Source: an uncultured delta proteobacterium (GTDB lineage Bacteria; Myxococcota; Myxococcia; Myxococcales; Myxococcaceae). Taken from it: 64,000 bases of DNA. The notes beneath the pieces are model-generated. The model did no database searches. It saw nothing but the letters and a program-made list of their open reading frames with translations, and was not told where the DNA came from. Shown piece after piece: positions 50,432-59,804 of the stretch (position 1 is its first letter; each line of letters opens with the position of its first letter). The DNA lies in contig CAVYSY010000046.1 of the NCBI GenBank assembly GCA_963771175.1, forward strand, positions 96,001-160,000, written 5' to 3'. Made by a program: the position numbers and the translations under genes.

Positions 50432-50800
50432 CTACCGCTCGGGGAGGGACTTGAGCACGAACACGTTGCCTTCCGAGTGGAAGACCACGGACCCATGGGC
50501 CACAAGGCCCTCGGGCGTGCTCACGCGGCTGGAGGCATCCTGCCGGACGTCCTGCTCCATGTCGGAGGGGAACTCGATGGTGCTCGCCAGGACCGCGTCG
50601 CCCGGGGAGAGAGGCGAGATGGTGAAGACCGGGCAGGGGGCTCGAACGCACCGGACGCCGCTGTCGGTGAGCCGGTACAGGTCGGGCGCGGCGATGACTT
50701 CACCTTCCGCGTACTCGATATCGTCAGCGTCCCCGGGGAAGAGGGGAGTGCCACACGCTGCTGCTCCGAACATCAGGGACGCGAGGATGTACTTTCTCAT
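50432..50800 (-). CDS. Small putative lipoprotein with DSGVRCVRAPCP motif
   Basis: MRKYILASLMFGAAAC lipobox and a Cys pair. Confidence 0.7.
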   Translation of the reverse strand: MRKYILASLMFGAAACGTPLFPGDADDIEYAEGEVIAAPDLYRLTDSGVRCVRAPCPVFTISPLSPGDAVLASTIEFPSDMEQDVRQDASSRVSTPEGLVAHGSVVFHSEGNVFVLKSLPER

Positions 50801-50914
50801 GGTGAACGAACCGGAGCTGCAAGGGGTATTCCTCCACCAGCGCTCGGAGTTTCGCGGGTTTGTGCGAGGTGAGGTCCTCAAAAATCCGAGATCCCATGAC
50901 AGCGGGGGACCAGC

Positions 50915-51083
50915 ATGAGCGGCTCCAAAGGGAAGGTCGTCCTCATCCGCGGAGCTGCAGAGCGCCCGAGGCCACACCGCCTACGGCACGAGCCGCAAGT
51001 CGGCTCCCGCGCCGACGGGCCACCGGATGTTGGAGATGGATGTGACCCGGGACGACTCGGTCATGTCCTACTACGGCCTGTAG
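50915..51083 (+). pseudogene. Internally deleted remnant of a short-chain dehydrogenase/reductase gene
   Basis: MSGSKGKVVLIRGA, then in another frame RGHTAYGTSRK...MLEMDVTRDDSV. Resembles the SDR N-terminal Rossmann strands; stops after ~55 codons. Confidence 0.55.
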
Positions 51084-51086
51084 GCG

Positions 51087-52817
51087 TCAGGACGCGTAGC
51101 GTCCCGTCTCGTCGGAGACTCCGCTCTCGGAGGCGGTCCGGTGCTGCGAGGCTGACAGGCTGTCCGGGACCAGTCCCATGAGCTGACGCAGGAGTTGCTC
51201 GGGCTCCACGGGCTTGGGCAGGAAGGCCTCGGCGCCCGCGTCGAGCGCGCGCTGGCGGACGTGCGGCCGGTTCAACCCGCTCATCACCACCACCCGTGTG
51301 TCGCGCGTGAGCGGGTGCTGCTTGAGGCCTTCGCACAGCCTCAGCCCGTCCACCCAGTGCAGCACCACGTCCAGGAGGATGGCGGTGGGGGGCCGACGCG
51401 CCACCGCGCAGAACAGCGCCAGCTCGTCCGCGAAGGCCACGACCCGGGCGCCCGTGGACTCCAGGAGCTGCGTCATCGCCTCGCGCTGATCCGGGTCATC
51501 GTCCACGATGTAGTAGAGGTCCGGCTCCAGCGTGGGGATCGTCGTGGGCAGCGGCTCCACCGTCGTCCGCACCCAGGAGGCCATGGTCTCGCGGATGCCC
51601 GCCCACCGGGCCGCGCCCAGCAGGGCGAGCGGGGTGGGCGTAATGAGTCCCAGCACGCCGCCGCCCATGCCGCCCATGGACCCGTGGTTGCGCGCCGTCA
51701 CGAAGGCCTGGGGCGCCCGCCGTCCGGCCCGGCGCAGCCAGGAGATGGAGCGAGCCCCCGCCGCCGAGTCCTCGAGCAGCTCGGAGAGGCCCTCGCGCAC
51801 GTAGCGGCGCTCCAGGGCCGGGGCCTCCAGGCCCGCGTCCAGCAGGGCCACCGCCGCGCGGCTGCACGAGGCCAGCGTCTCGGAGAGCCCGAGCTGCAGC
51901 GGGTGGCCGAACGCCGCCGCGCCCACCGTGAGCTGTCCGGGAGCCACGAGCGTGCGGCCGGGGCCGTAGGGCAGCCGCGTCGTCTCCAGGGCGGCCAGCT
52001 CGAAACCTTCCTCCACCAGCCCGTCGCGGGCGGCCATCATCAGGGCCTGGCACAGGTCCGCCGGAGTCACCGCGGCCCCGAAGGCGAGCGCGTACACCGA
52101 GTGCGCACCGGGGATCAGCAGCAACCCGTCCACCGAGGGCATGGGAGCGATCCACAGCCGCGCGAGTGGCGCCAGGGAGAGCCGGGAGGTCGCGTGCCGC
52201 AGCCGGGCCTGCACCGCGGCGATGGTGGGCGCGGGGCTGAAGCGAGGGAAGAACGCATCACCCAGCGAGGGCCCGGAGCCCGTGGCCAACGCGACCGCGT
52301 GGAAGCGCTCGCCGCTGCCCTGGGCCCGCACCACGAGCGGACCGCTCTTGCGCACCGTGGCCGGAGCATCCGGAGCTGGCGGCTGGTTCTCCACCCGCTC
52401 CACGCGACGGGGCACGAAGCGCGCGCCCTGGGACGAGGCCGCGCCCGCGAGCACCTCGCGCACCAGCGCCAGCCCCCCCTGTCCCTGCGGCCACCCGTCC
52501 ACCACCCACAGGCCCCCCGGCGCCGCCGGCAGCACCTCGCGGTTGCCCTCGGAGAGGATCTCCACCCCGCGCAGCTCGTGCGCCCGCCACTCGGGAGGCA
52601 CCCGGCAGCCGAGCGCGGCCAGTCGCGAGCGACACTCGGGCGTGAGGATGGCGGGGGGGGCGATGGTGCCCGGCTCGCCGCTCTCGTACACCCGCACGTC
52701 CAGCGCACTGCCTCGGGCCCGGCCATTGAAGAGCAGCGAGGCGGCGAGCCCCGCTCCGGCGATCCCGCCCCCGATGATGGCCACCCTCGAACCGTTCGCC
52801 AGCCTGCTGCCTTTCAT
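51087..52817 (-). CDS. FAD-dependent oxidoreductase-like domain fused to a C-terminal receiver domain
   Basis: VAIIGGGIAG (GxGxxG), ALATG, and C-terminal IVDDD, ILLD, VMSG, FLPKP. Confidence 0.85.
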   Translation of the reverse strand: MKGSRLANGSRVAIIGGGIAGAGLAASLLFNGRARGSALDVRVYESGEPGTIAPPAILTPECRSRLAALGCRVPPEWRAHELRGVEILSEGNREVLPAAPGGLWVVDGWPQGQGGLALVREVLAGAASSQGARFVPRRVERVENQPPAPDAPATVRKSGPLVVRAQGSGERFHAVALATGSGPSLGDAFFPRFSPAPTIAAVQARLRHATSRLSLAPLARLWIAPMPSVDGLLLIPGAHSVYALAFGAAVTPADLCQALMMAARDGLVEEGFELAALETTRLPYGPGRTLVAPGQLTVGAAAFGHPLQLGLSETLASCSRAAVALLDAGLEAPALERRYVREGLSELLEDSAAGARSISWLRRAGRRAPQAFVTARNHGSMGGMGGGVLGLITPTPLALLGAARWAGIRETMASWVRTTVEPLPTTIPTLEPDLYYIVDDDPDQREAMTQLLESTGARVVAFADELALFCAVARRPPTAILLDVVLHWVDGLRLCEGLKQHPLTRDTRVVVMSGLNRPHVRQRALDAGAEAFLPKPVEPEQLLRQLMGLVPDSLSASQHRTASESGVSDETGRYAS

Positions 52818-52865
52818 CCGCGCCCTCGCTCCGCCGTCCATCGGTCTTCTCGGGGTTGTGGGTTG

Positions 52866-53822
52866 TCAGTGCCGCTGAACCTTGGGGGGCGGCATCTCCG
52901 ACGCCCCGTACACCACCACACGATCACGCCCCTCGCGCTTGGCCTCGTAGAGCGCGGCATCGGCGGCGCTCATCAGCACCTCCGTGCTCTCGCGGGGGTG
53001 GGCGGCCGAGTGATCGGCGATTCCCACGCTCACGCTCAATCCAAAGGGGGCGGGCCGCCCATCGCCGCGCGTCACCTTCACGGTGCGCAGCCCGGCGCGG
53101 ATGCGCTCGGCGAACACGGCGGCCTCGATGGCTGTCTGGTGCGGAAGCAGCGCGACGAACTCATCGCCCCCGAAGCGCGCCGCGAAGTCCACCTCGCGCA
53201 GGTTGGTGCGCAGGTGACTGGCCAGCGCGAGGATCGCCCGGTTGCCCACGTCGTGTCCCATGCCATCGTTGATGGCCTTGAGGTGGTCCAGGTCGATGAT
53301 CACCACCGACAGCGGATACTGGTAGCGGTTGGCCCGCTTGAACTCCTCGTCCAGTCGCATGGAGAGCGCCCGGAAGTTGGCCAGTCCGGTGAGCGCGTCC
53401 GTCTGGGCGAGCACCTGCAAGCGCTGCTGCTGCTCGCTCTGGCGCAGGGCGCGGTCGATGCGGGCCAGCAACTCGCGGGGGTTGGCCGGCTTGTGGACGA
53501 AGTCGGACGCGCCCTTCTCCAGGCACGTCTCCAGCGTGGCCTCGTCGGTGTCGCCGGTGAGGAAGATGATGGGGACGGACTCGGTCGCCTCTTCCTTCTG
53601 CAGGGACTCGAGCACCGCCAGCCCGTCCTCCTGATCCAGGAACCGGTCCAGCAGGATCAGGTCCGGACGCCGCTCCCGGGCGAGCACCAGGCCCGACTGG
53701 CCATCGCTCGCCCCGAGGACGTCGAAACGGGCGGAGAGCAGCTCCACCAGACTGTCCCGAGTACCCGGGTCATCCTCCACGACCAGGATCAGGGCTCTAT
53801 CCCCGCGGCGGTCGCGTTCCAT
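52866..53822 (-). CDS. dmxB: REC-GGDEF diguanylate cyclase (DmxB-like)
   Basis: VVEDD, ILLD, FLTG, HKP receiver; TDALTGLAN, DLDHLKAINDGMGH, REVD I-site, RFGGDEF, ADAALYEAKREGRD. Name assigned from recalled architecture and synteny. Confidence 0.8.
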   Translation of the reverse strand: MERDRRGDRALILVVEDDPGTRDSLVELLSARFDVLGASDGQSGLVLARERRPDLILLDRFLDQEDGLAVLESLQKEEATESVPIIFLTGDTDEATLETCLEKGASDFVHKPANPRELLARIDRALRQSEQQQRLQVLAQTDALTGLANFRALSMRLDEEFKRANRYQYPLSVVIIDLDHLKAINDGMGHDVGNRAILALASHLRTNLREVDFAARFGGDEFVALLPHQTAIEAAVFAERIRAGLRTVKVTRGDGRPAPFGLSVSVGIADHSAAHPRESTEVLMSAADAALYEAKREGRDRVVVYGASEMPPPKVQRH

Positions 53823-54179
53823 GCTCCGCTCCACTTCCTGCGCCTGCCGTCCAATGGCAGGCCGAAAGTCTCGGGTGCCACGCCCGAAGGGCTGCCCCCC
53901 ACGCCCGTCCACCGCCGCTACCCACGGCGAGCACCCCACGTCCTCCTTCTCCTTCACCCGAGACCCCCGGCCGCCAAGTCCGATGTCTCCTCACCCCGGG
54001 CCGGCTCTCCCGGTGGCGAGGCATCCCTTGGAGCAAGGGGCGTGCCCTCGTGAGACCGGGAGAGGGAGGAGTGATTCCAGGGACTTGCGGCACCCTTCGG
54101 TGGAGGAGGTGCCCCCGACTGGGCAAGAGTTGCAGCGTTCCCGGGTATGCCACCAGTAGGAATTCCCGGGAGGTGTGGA

Positions 54180-54929
54180 TCAACGTCGGGGGTTGAACTG
54201 AACCCGCCGGCCGCCGCCGCCACCGCCGAGCATCTGGGGCGGAGGCGCCTCGAGGCCGAACTGCCACCACATGGGCTCGTAGGGCTTCATCTTCAGTTTC
54301 TTGTCATTCTGGAGCGCGCTGAGGCTGTTCTTCAGCTTCTCGTCGGAGGGGTTGGCCTCCACGCCGCGCCCGAGCACCTTGAGGGCCTCGTCCTTCTCCT
54401 TGTTCTGCATGAGGCACCAGGCGTAGACGGCCCAGACGATGGACTCCTTCTTGCCGCTCGTCACGGCGGCCTCGAAGGCGGACTTCATCTTCGGGAAGTC
54501 CTTGCGCTGGTAGTACAGGGCGCCCTGCATGGCCTTGGCCATGTAGTTGCGCGGGCTGGACTTGGCGAAGTGGCGCTCGGCCCCGTCCAGGTCCTTGGAC
54601 ATGTACTTCAGCATGGCGATCTGCGCGTGGATCTCCGAGCCCACGAGGAACTGCCACTTGTCGTAGGCGAGCCCGCTCTCGAGCATCTTGATGGCCCGCT
54701 CCACGCGCGCCTGGGCCTCCTTCTGGCTGGTGGGCTGCCCCTGGAGCTCCTTTTGGACGGAGGTCATGAGGCCCTGAATGAGGTTGCCGATCCGCCGGGC
54801 GAGCACGAAGTAGGTGCCCATGAAGGCGAGGGTGCCCGGGATGACGCCGGCCCAGATGGAGAAGCCAAAAAGTTTGACTCCCAGGGTAATGGCGAGACCC
54901 ACACCCAGGGCGATGAGGAGGTTGTACAT
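54180..54929 (-). CDS. Membrane protein (2 TM) with TPR-like cytoplasmic region
   Basis: Two N-terminal hydrophobic helices, then TPR-like helices (AERHFAKS, ALKVLGRGVEANP). Confidence 0.75.
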   Translation of the reverse strand: MYNLLIALGVGLAITLGVKLFGFSIWAGVIPGTLAFMGTYFVLARRIGNLIQGLMTSVQKELQGQPTSQKEAQARVERAIKMLESGLAYDKWQFLVGSEIHAQIAMLKYMSKDLDGAERHFAKSSPRNYMAKAMQGALYYQRKDFPKMKSAFEAAVTSGKKESIVWAVYAWCLMQNKEKDEALKVLGRGVEANPSDEKLKNSLSALQNDKKLKMKPYEPMWWQFGLEAPPPQMLGGGGGGRRVQFNPRR

Positions 54930-55022
54930 GGCGCCCGTTTAGCCATCGGCGTGCGTGACCGCAATGAATGGATGCGTTCGGGCGGACATCGAGGTATACG
55001 TTCGCCTGTTCCAACCCCAAGG

Positions 55023-55108
55023 GGCCCTCTGTCGAAATTGGTAGACGAGGCGGACTCAAAATCCGCTGCGGCTGACCCCGCGTCCCGGTTCGAGTCCGGG
55101 GAGGGCCA
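55023..55108 (+). tRNA. tRNA-Leu(CAA)
   Basis: Acceptor GGCCCTC/GAGGGCC-A, D-loop TTGGTAGA, anticodon arm GCGGA-CTCAAAA-TCCGC, long variable arm, GTTCGAGTC. CCA not encoded. Confidence 0.93.
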
Positions 55109-55156
55109 ATCCCGGGAGTTCTCGCAGAACCCCGGGTGCGGGGGGGGAGGCCTCCA

Positions 55157-55834
55157 ATGAAGGTCCTGCTGGTGGAGGACGACGCCAGTCTGCGCGAGGG
55201 GATGAGCGAGCTGATCTCCGAGCTGGCGGAGGTACGGGAGGCTGGCACCGTGCCCGAGGCCCTGGCGGCCATGCGGGAGGGGCTGTTCGATCTCGTCATC
55301 TCGGACCTGCGCATTGGCGAGAGCGTGGACGGCGGGCGGCGCATCCTGGAGACGGCGCGGCATCGACTGCAGCCGGTGGTCATCGTCAGCGCGGCCGCCG
55401 CCGAAGAGGTGGTCCGGGCCCTGCGGCCCTTCGAGCCCGATGCGGTGCTGGCCAAGCCCTTCCAGATCGATGACGTGCTGGGGCTGGTGGCCTCCTTCAG
55501 GGGCATGCGCGCCTCGGTGGAGAAGATGACGAAGGAGTCGTGTCCCCAGGCGACCGTGGAGGGCTGGACGGAGATCGCCGGGGGGGTCCAGATGATCGAG
55601 CGGCAGCCCGGCCAGCATGCGTGGTTGCGGATGGCGCCCGGCTCGATCTTCTCTTGGATGGTGCGGAGTGAGTCGGTGGCGGTGATGCTCCTGGAAGGAG
55701 ATCTCGAGGTGGATGGCGAGCGGCGGGCAGGTCAGCAATATCTCTATCTGGCGGCGGGACCTCGCGAGGCGAAGAGCCAGCAGGGGTGCCTGGCCGTCTG
55801 GGTCGCCGGACCGGTGCGGGCCGTTCAAGCGTGA
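55157..55834 (+). CDS. Response regulator receiver with C-terminal cupin-like domain
   Basis: VLLVEDD, VISD, IVSA, AKPF. C-terminal LRMAPGS..VMLLEGDLEVDG..GQQYLYL. Confidence 0.82.
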   Translation: MKVLLVEDDASLREGMSELISELAEVREAGTVPEALAAMREGLFDLVISDLRIGESVDGGRRILETARHRLQPVVIVSAAAAEEVVRALRPFEPDAVLAKPFQIDDVLGLVASFRGMRASVEKMTKESCPQATVEGWTEIAGGVQMIERQPGQHAWLRMAPGSIFSWMVRSESVAVMLLEGDLEVDGERRAGQQYLYLAAGPREAKSQQGCLAVWVAGPVRAVQA

Positions 55835-57198
55835 GCACTCCCTGGCCGACGACATTCCTGGAAGCGGAGCGCCTGGGGCGCCCGTCGCGACGCGCGGCGA
55901 CCGCGGCCCTCGAGGCACATCTCGCCATCTTGAAGGGGGAGCCCCTCAAGCTGGCGCTGGCCAATGCCCTGAAGGACGCGGAAGGTCTGGGCGGCCAGGA
56001 GCGGCGCTTCACGGCCCTGGCGGTGCGGGAGATGTCCCGGCACCAGCGGCTGTTGGATCTCGCCTCGCGCACGCTGGGTCACCCTCCGGGCAAGATTGGC
56101 CTGCTGGAGGACCAGACGCTGGTGCGCTACGTCCTCTGGCGCCGGCTCTTCTGCGGTGAGGGCTGGACGCGCATCGGTCCCGAGGTGAAGCTCCCCGGCC
56201 CGGTGCGCCCGCGCACCATCAAGGATGATCTGCTGGTGCGGATGGCGGACGCCCCGCTGCCGGCTCCGGCCATGCCCGACTCGGGTGCCGAGCGCCTGGC
56301 GATGCGCTACTCGTTCCCCAACTGGCTCGTGCTGCGGCTGGCCGAGCTGCACCCGGAGCCGGTGCTGGAGGCGATGCTGGCGGCGCTGGACGAGGATCCG
56401 ACGCTCCACTTCCGCGTGCGCCCCTCGGGGACCCGAGAGCAGGTGCTGGCGAGGCTGGCCGAGGAGGGCGTGGCCGCCGAGCCGGTGGCCGTGGCGCTGG
56501 ATGCCATCCGCATCGCCGAGGCGAGCCACCGCGTCTTCGAGACGCGGGTGATGAAGGAGGGCCGGCTGCAGGTGCAGGACGTGGGCAGCCAGCTCATCGT
56601 CGAGGCGTGTCGCCCGCTGGAGGGCTCGCTGGTGGGGCGGACGGTGGCGGACGTGTGCGCGGGGGCGGGCGGCAAGACGCTCGCGCTGGCGGACGAGGTG
56701 GGGAAGGCGGGACGGGTGCTGGCGGGAGATCGCTCGCGTCGGCGGCTGGCCCAGGCGCGCGAGCGGGCGCGGGAGCTCTCCCTGCGGCACGTGGCCTTCC
56801 CACAACCACTGCCGCTGGAGCAGGCGGACGTGGTGCTGGTGGACGCGCCGTGCAGCGGGACGGGCTCGCTGGCGCGGGAGCCGGATCAGAAGTGGAAGCT
56901 CACCATGAAGGCGGTGGAGGAGTTCCACGCCACGCAGCTCGGCCTGCTGGAGGAGCTGGCGGGGCAGGTGAAGCCCGGGGCGCTGGTGGTGTACGCCACG
57001 TGCTCGCTGCTGCCCGAGGAGAACGACTCGGTGGTGCGGGACTTCCTGGCCAAGGTGCCCGGCTTCACCGTGGAGCCCCTGGCCCCCATCTTTGGCCCCG
57101 AGCGGGCGGCGGTGCTGTGCGACGGCCCCTTCCTCAGGGCCCTGCCGCCCCGAGTCCCCGGAGGGGGCTTCTTCGCGGCCCGCCTGCGCAAGGGGTAG
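55831..57198 (+). CDS. RsmB/NOL1/NOP2/Sun family RNA m5C methyltransferase
   Basis: YSFPNWL, VQDVGSQL, DVCAGAGGKT, VDAPCSGTG, YATCSLLPEEN, GFFAARL. Confidence 0.93.
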   Translation: MSTPWPTTFLEAERLGRPSRRAATAALEAHLAILKGEPLKLALANALKDAEGLGGQERRFTALAVREMSRHQRLLDLASRTLGHPPGKIGLLEDQTLVRYVLWRRLFCGEGWTRIGPEVKLPGPVRPRTIKDDLLVRMADAPLPAPAMPDSGAERLAMRYSFPNWLVLRLAELHPEPVLEAMLAALDEDPTLHFRVRPSGTREQVLARLAEEGVAAEPVAVALDAIRIAEASHRVFETRVMKEGRLQVQDVGSQLIVEACRPLEGSLVGRTVADVCAGAGGKTLALADEVGKAGRVLAGDRSRRRLAQARERARELSLRHVAFPQPLPLEQADVVLVDAPCSGTGSLAREPDQKWKLTMKAVEEFHATQLGLLEELAGQVKPGALVVYATCSLLPEENDSVVRDFLAKVPGFTVEPLAPIFGPERAAVLCDGPFLRALPPRVPGGGFFAARLRKG

Positions 57199-57204
57199 GC
57201 GGGG

Positions 57205-57234
57205 TTGACAGTGCCCGCGGGCGCAAGCTACGCA
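57205..57234 (+). promoter_or_regulatory. Possible sigma70-type promoter
   Basis: Perfect TTGACA at 57205, 18-nt spacer, weak -10 TACGCA. Upstream of the coiled-coil gene and tRNA cluster. Confidence 0.35.
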
Positions 57235-57268
57235 GGAAAGCAGTCCTCTTTCCGAGAGGTTGCGCCCG

Positions 57269-57667
57269 GTGGCAGCCGACCCCAAGCAGTCCGAGACCCT
57301 CCGTCAGCTTCAGGAGGCGTTCCAAACCGCCCAGTCCCAGATGACCCAGCTCCGCCAGCAGGTGGAGAAGCACTCCGAACTGGCCCAGGCGAAGGCCCAG
57401 AGTGACTTCATCCAGCGGGAGATGGATCGCGCCCTGCGCCAGCTTGGCGAGTCGGTGTTCAAGCAGGTGCAGAAGGGCCGGGTGCAGCTCCCCGAGGGCT
57501 TCGGCCCGCTCCTGAAGGCCGTCGAGCACGTGCAGAAGAAGGCCGAGGCGCATGCTCGGGAGATCGGCGACCTCCTCAAGGAAGGCGAGGAGACAGCCCA
57601 GCGGCTGAAGGAAAAAAACGCAGGGGGCGCGCATTCGGGAGTAGCGCCTGGCAGGAAGAAATTGTAG
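57269..57667 (+). CDS. Hypothetical coiled-coil protein
   Basis: Gln/Glu/Lys-rich heptad-like sequence with typical codon bias. Confidence 0.75.
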   Translation: MAADPKQSETLRQLQEAFQTAQSQMTQLRQQVEKHSELAQAKAQSDFIQREMDRALRQLGESVFKQVQKGRVQLPEGFGPLLKAVEHVQKKAEAHAREIGDLLKEGEETAQRLKEKNAGGAHSGVAPGRKKL

Positions 57668-57721
57668 AAGAGCGCCGTTTTCAACGTTGGCCACTCACCC
57701 AGGGCGGCCGACGAACGTTGT

Positions 57722-57794
<73 letters not shown>

Positions 57795-57863
57795 CAGTAG
57801 GAAGAGGCCCGTCAGGAAATCTGACGGGCCTCGTCTTTCCCCTTCGGGGGCACAAGTGAATAT

Positions 57864-57936
<73 letters not shown>

Positions 57937-58026
57937 CAATGAAGAAAGCCCGTCAGGTTCGCGCCTGACGGGTTTTTCAATTTCCTGACGGGTCTCGTCT
58001 TTCCCCTTCGGGGCACAAGTGAATAG

Positions 58027-58099
<73 letters not shown>

Positions 58100-58106
58100 C
58101 AATGAA

Positions 58107-58148
58107 GAAAGCCCGTCGGGTCCACGCCTGACGGGCTTTTTCATTTTC
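58107..58148 (+). terminator. Probable intrinsic terminator after the tRNA cluster
   Basis: AAAGCCCGTCGGG-TCCACG-CCTGACGGGCTTTT stem followed by a T-rich run. Confidence 0.7.
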
Positions 58149-58357
58149 CACGGCCAGGTGCGGCCACGAAGCGGCCGTGCGCCACGTCAGGTGGTGCGGT
58201 GCCTTGCTCGAGGTGTGGAAGTCCGCTGGGAGTGGAGGGAGGATCGCGCTGCGACCCCGCGCCCGGAGGATCGGGGCTCGGCGGGGGAGGTTCGCGAACC
58301 CTCCGCGGAATGACAGTGGGTGGTGAATCCTGCGAAGCGCCGGGCCCTTGGGGGCGC

Positions 58358-59524
58358 TCAGGCCTCGCGGATCATCAGCATCTGCAGGAGGTCGCTCAGC
58401 ATCTTCTTGAGACCACCGGCCTCGGGCAGGGAGTCGAGGATGCGCGACGCGGCGTTGGTGGAGCGCTCGATGATGCGCTCGGTGGCGGCGCGGCCACCGC
58501 TCTGCTCCACGAGCTCGCGAGCCCGCTGCAGCATCGTCTCGTCCTTGGGGCCGGGGATGCAGAGCGTCTCCAGCTCCTGGCGGGCCTCGGGCGTGGCGCG
58601 GAGGTAGGCGGCCAGCAGCGGGAAGGTGCGCTTGCCCTGCGCGAGATCCGAGTCCGTCGGCTTGCCGACCACGGAGGACTGGCCGTACAGCCCGAGCAGA
58701 TCATCCCGGAGCTGGTAGGCGGTGCCCACGTAGCGGCCGAAGCGCTCCAGCTTGTTGATGAGCTCCGGATCCGCGCCGGCCAGCATGGCGCCGCACACGA
58801 GCGGCGCGGTGAAGCCGTAGAGCGCCGTCTTCAGGTAGGCCACGCGCAGCGCGTTGTAGATGGAGAGCTCGGCCAGCGGCTGGTACGGCAGCCGGATGTC
58901 CATGTACTGCCCGGCGGCGGTGTAGCGGCACACCTTGAGGAAGTAGCGCGTGGCCACGTCCGCGTCCGGCAGGTTGCAGCCCAGCATCACCTCCAGCGAA
59001 CGGCCGTAGAGGTGATCGCCGATCACGACCGCCAGGTTCTCGCCGAGGTGTCCCTCACCCAGCATCTTGTGGAGCGCGGGGCCACCGCGCCGCGTGTCCG
59101 CCTGATCCGCCACGTCGTCGTGGATCAGCATGAAGGTGTGGAGCAGCTCGGTGGCCGCGGCGAACCGCCACAGCCCCGACGGCGCCCGCGTATCGCCCCG
59201 CCCCAGGGCGTAACCCACGAGCACCAGGCCCGGACGGATGCGCTTGGAGGGACGTAGGCTGTAGCTGCGCACCTGCTCCAGCACCTTGTTCCACGAGGGA
59301 TCCAGGTGCCGCTCATCCTCGAGCTCGAGGATCTGATGGAGGACCACCTGCGTCTGGTACTGCACCGTCTTCGCCCAGGACGTGTAGTCCACGGGAGACG
59401 CAGACTGCTCTGCCGCCGGGGTCCCGGCCTGATGAGTCTTCCGCTCTTTCATGACGGGGTAGTTGGCACCCGAGGTACCGCGCGTCGGCATCGTATCCTG
59501 CACAGCGGCGACCAACGTCAGCAT
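58358..59524 (-). CDS. Polyprenyl synthetase (short-chain FPP/GGPP type); start uncertain
   Basis: SKRIRP, ELLHTFMLIHDDVADQADTRRG, GD, GQYMD, KTALY, AYQLRDDLLG, GK..DSDL.QGK.T. Confidence 0.92.
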   Translation of the reverse strand: MLTLVAAVQDTMPTRGTSGANYPVMKERKTHQAGTPAAEQSASPVDYTSWAKTVQYQTQVVLHQILELEDERHLDPSWNKVLEQVRSYSLRPSKRIRPGLVLVGYALGRGDTRAPSGLWRFAAATELLHTFMLIHDDVADQADTRRGGPALHKMLGEGHLGENLAVVIGDHLYGRSLEVMLGCNLPDADVATRYFLKVCRYTAAGQYMDIRLPYQPLAELSIYNALRVAYLKTALYGFTAPLVCGAMLAGADPELINKLERFGRYVGTAYQLRDDLLGLYGQSSVVGKPTDSDLAQGKRTFPLLAAYLRATPEARQELETLCIPGPKDETMLQRARELVEQSGGRAATERIIERSTNAASRILDSLPEAGGLKKMLSDLLQMLMIREA

Positions 59525-59747
59525 GACGGACCTCCGGGGCTGGCGGCTTGGGTGGGTCGGGCAAGCCCCATCTTCCAATCTTCCTGATTTTAATAACACA
59601 AAATTTTTATACGGGCAAATGCCTTTTAAGAGAGAAATATTGCCATCACGGTGAATCCGGAAGGCCTTCCGAGGGAAAAATAAGTGATAGGTCATTGAGG
59701 ACCCATCGGTCGTTTTTGACTCTCCGGCCGTTTGTACACCTGGAATG

Positions 59748-59781
59748 AAAAAAGCGGCCGGTCCTTTCGGACACCGGCCGC
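59748..59781 (-). terminator. Intrinsic terminator downstream of fbaB
   Basis: GCGGCCGGT..ACCGGCCGC stem with A6 on the + strand (U-tract on -). Confidence 0.75.
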
Positions 59782-59804
59782 TCCAGACTGCGTGCTGTGG
59801 TGAG

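Noticed and set aside
53823..54179. Specific transcription-factor sites or a sigma54 promoter upstream of the dmxB-like gene
   Set aside because: No convincing match to a -24/-12 consensus or clear palindrome by eye.
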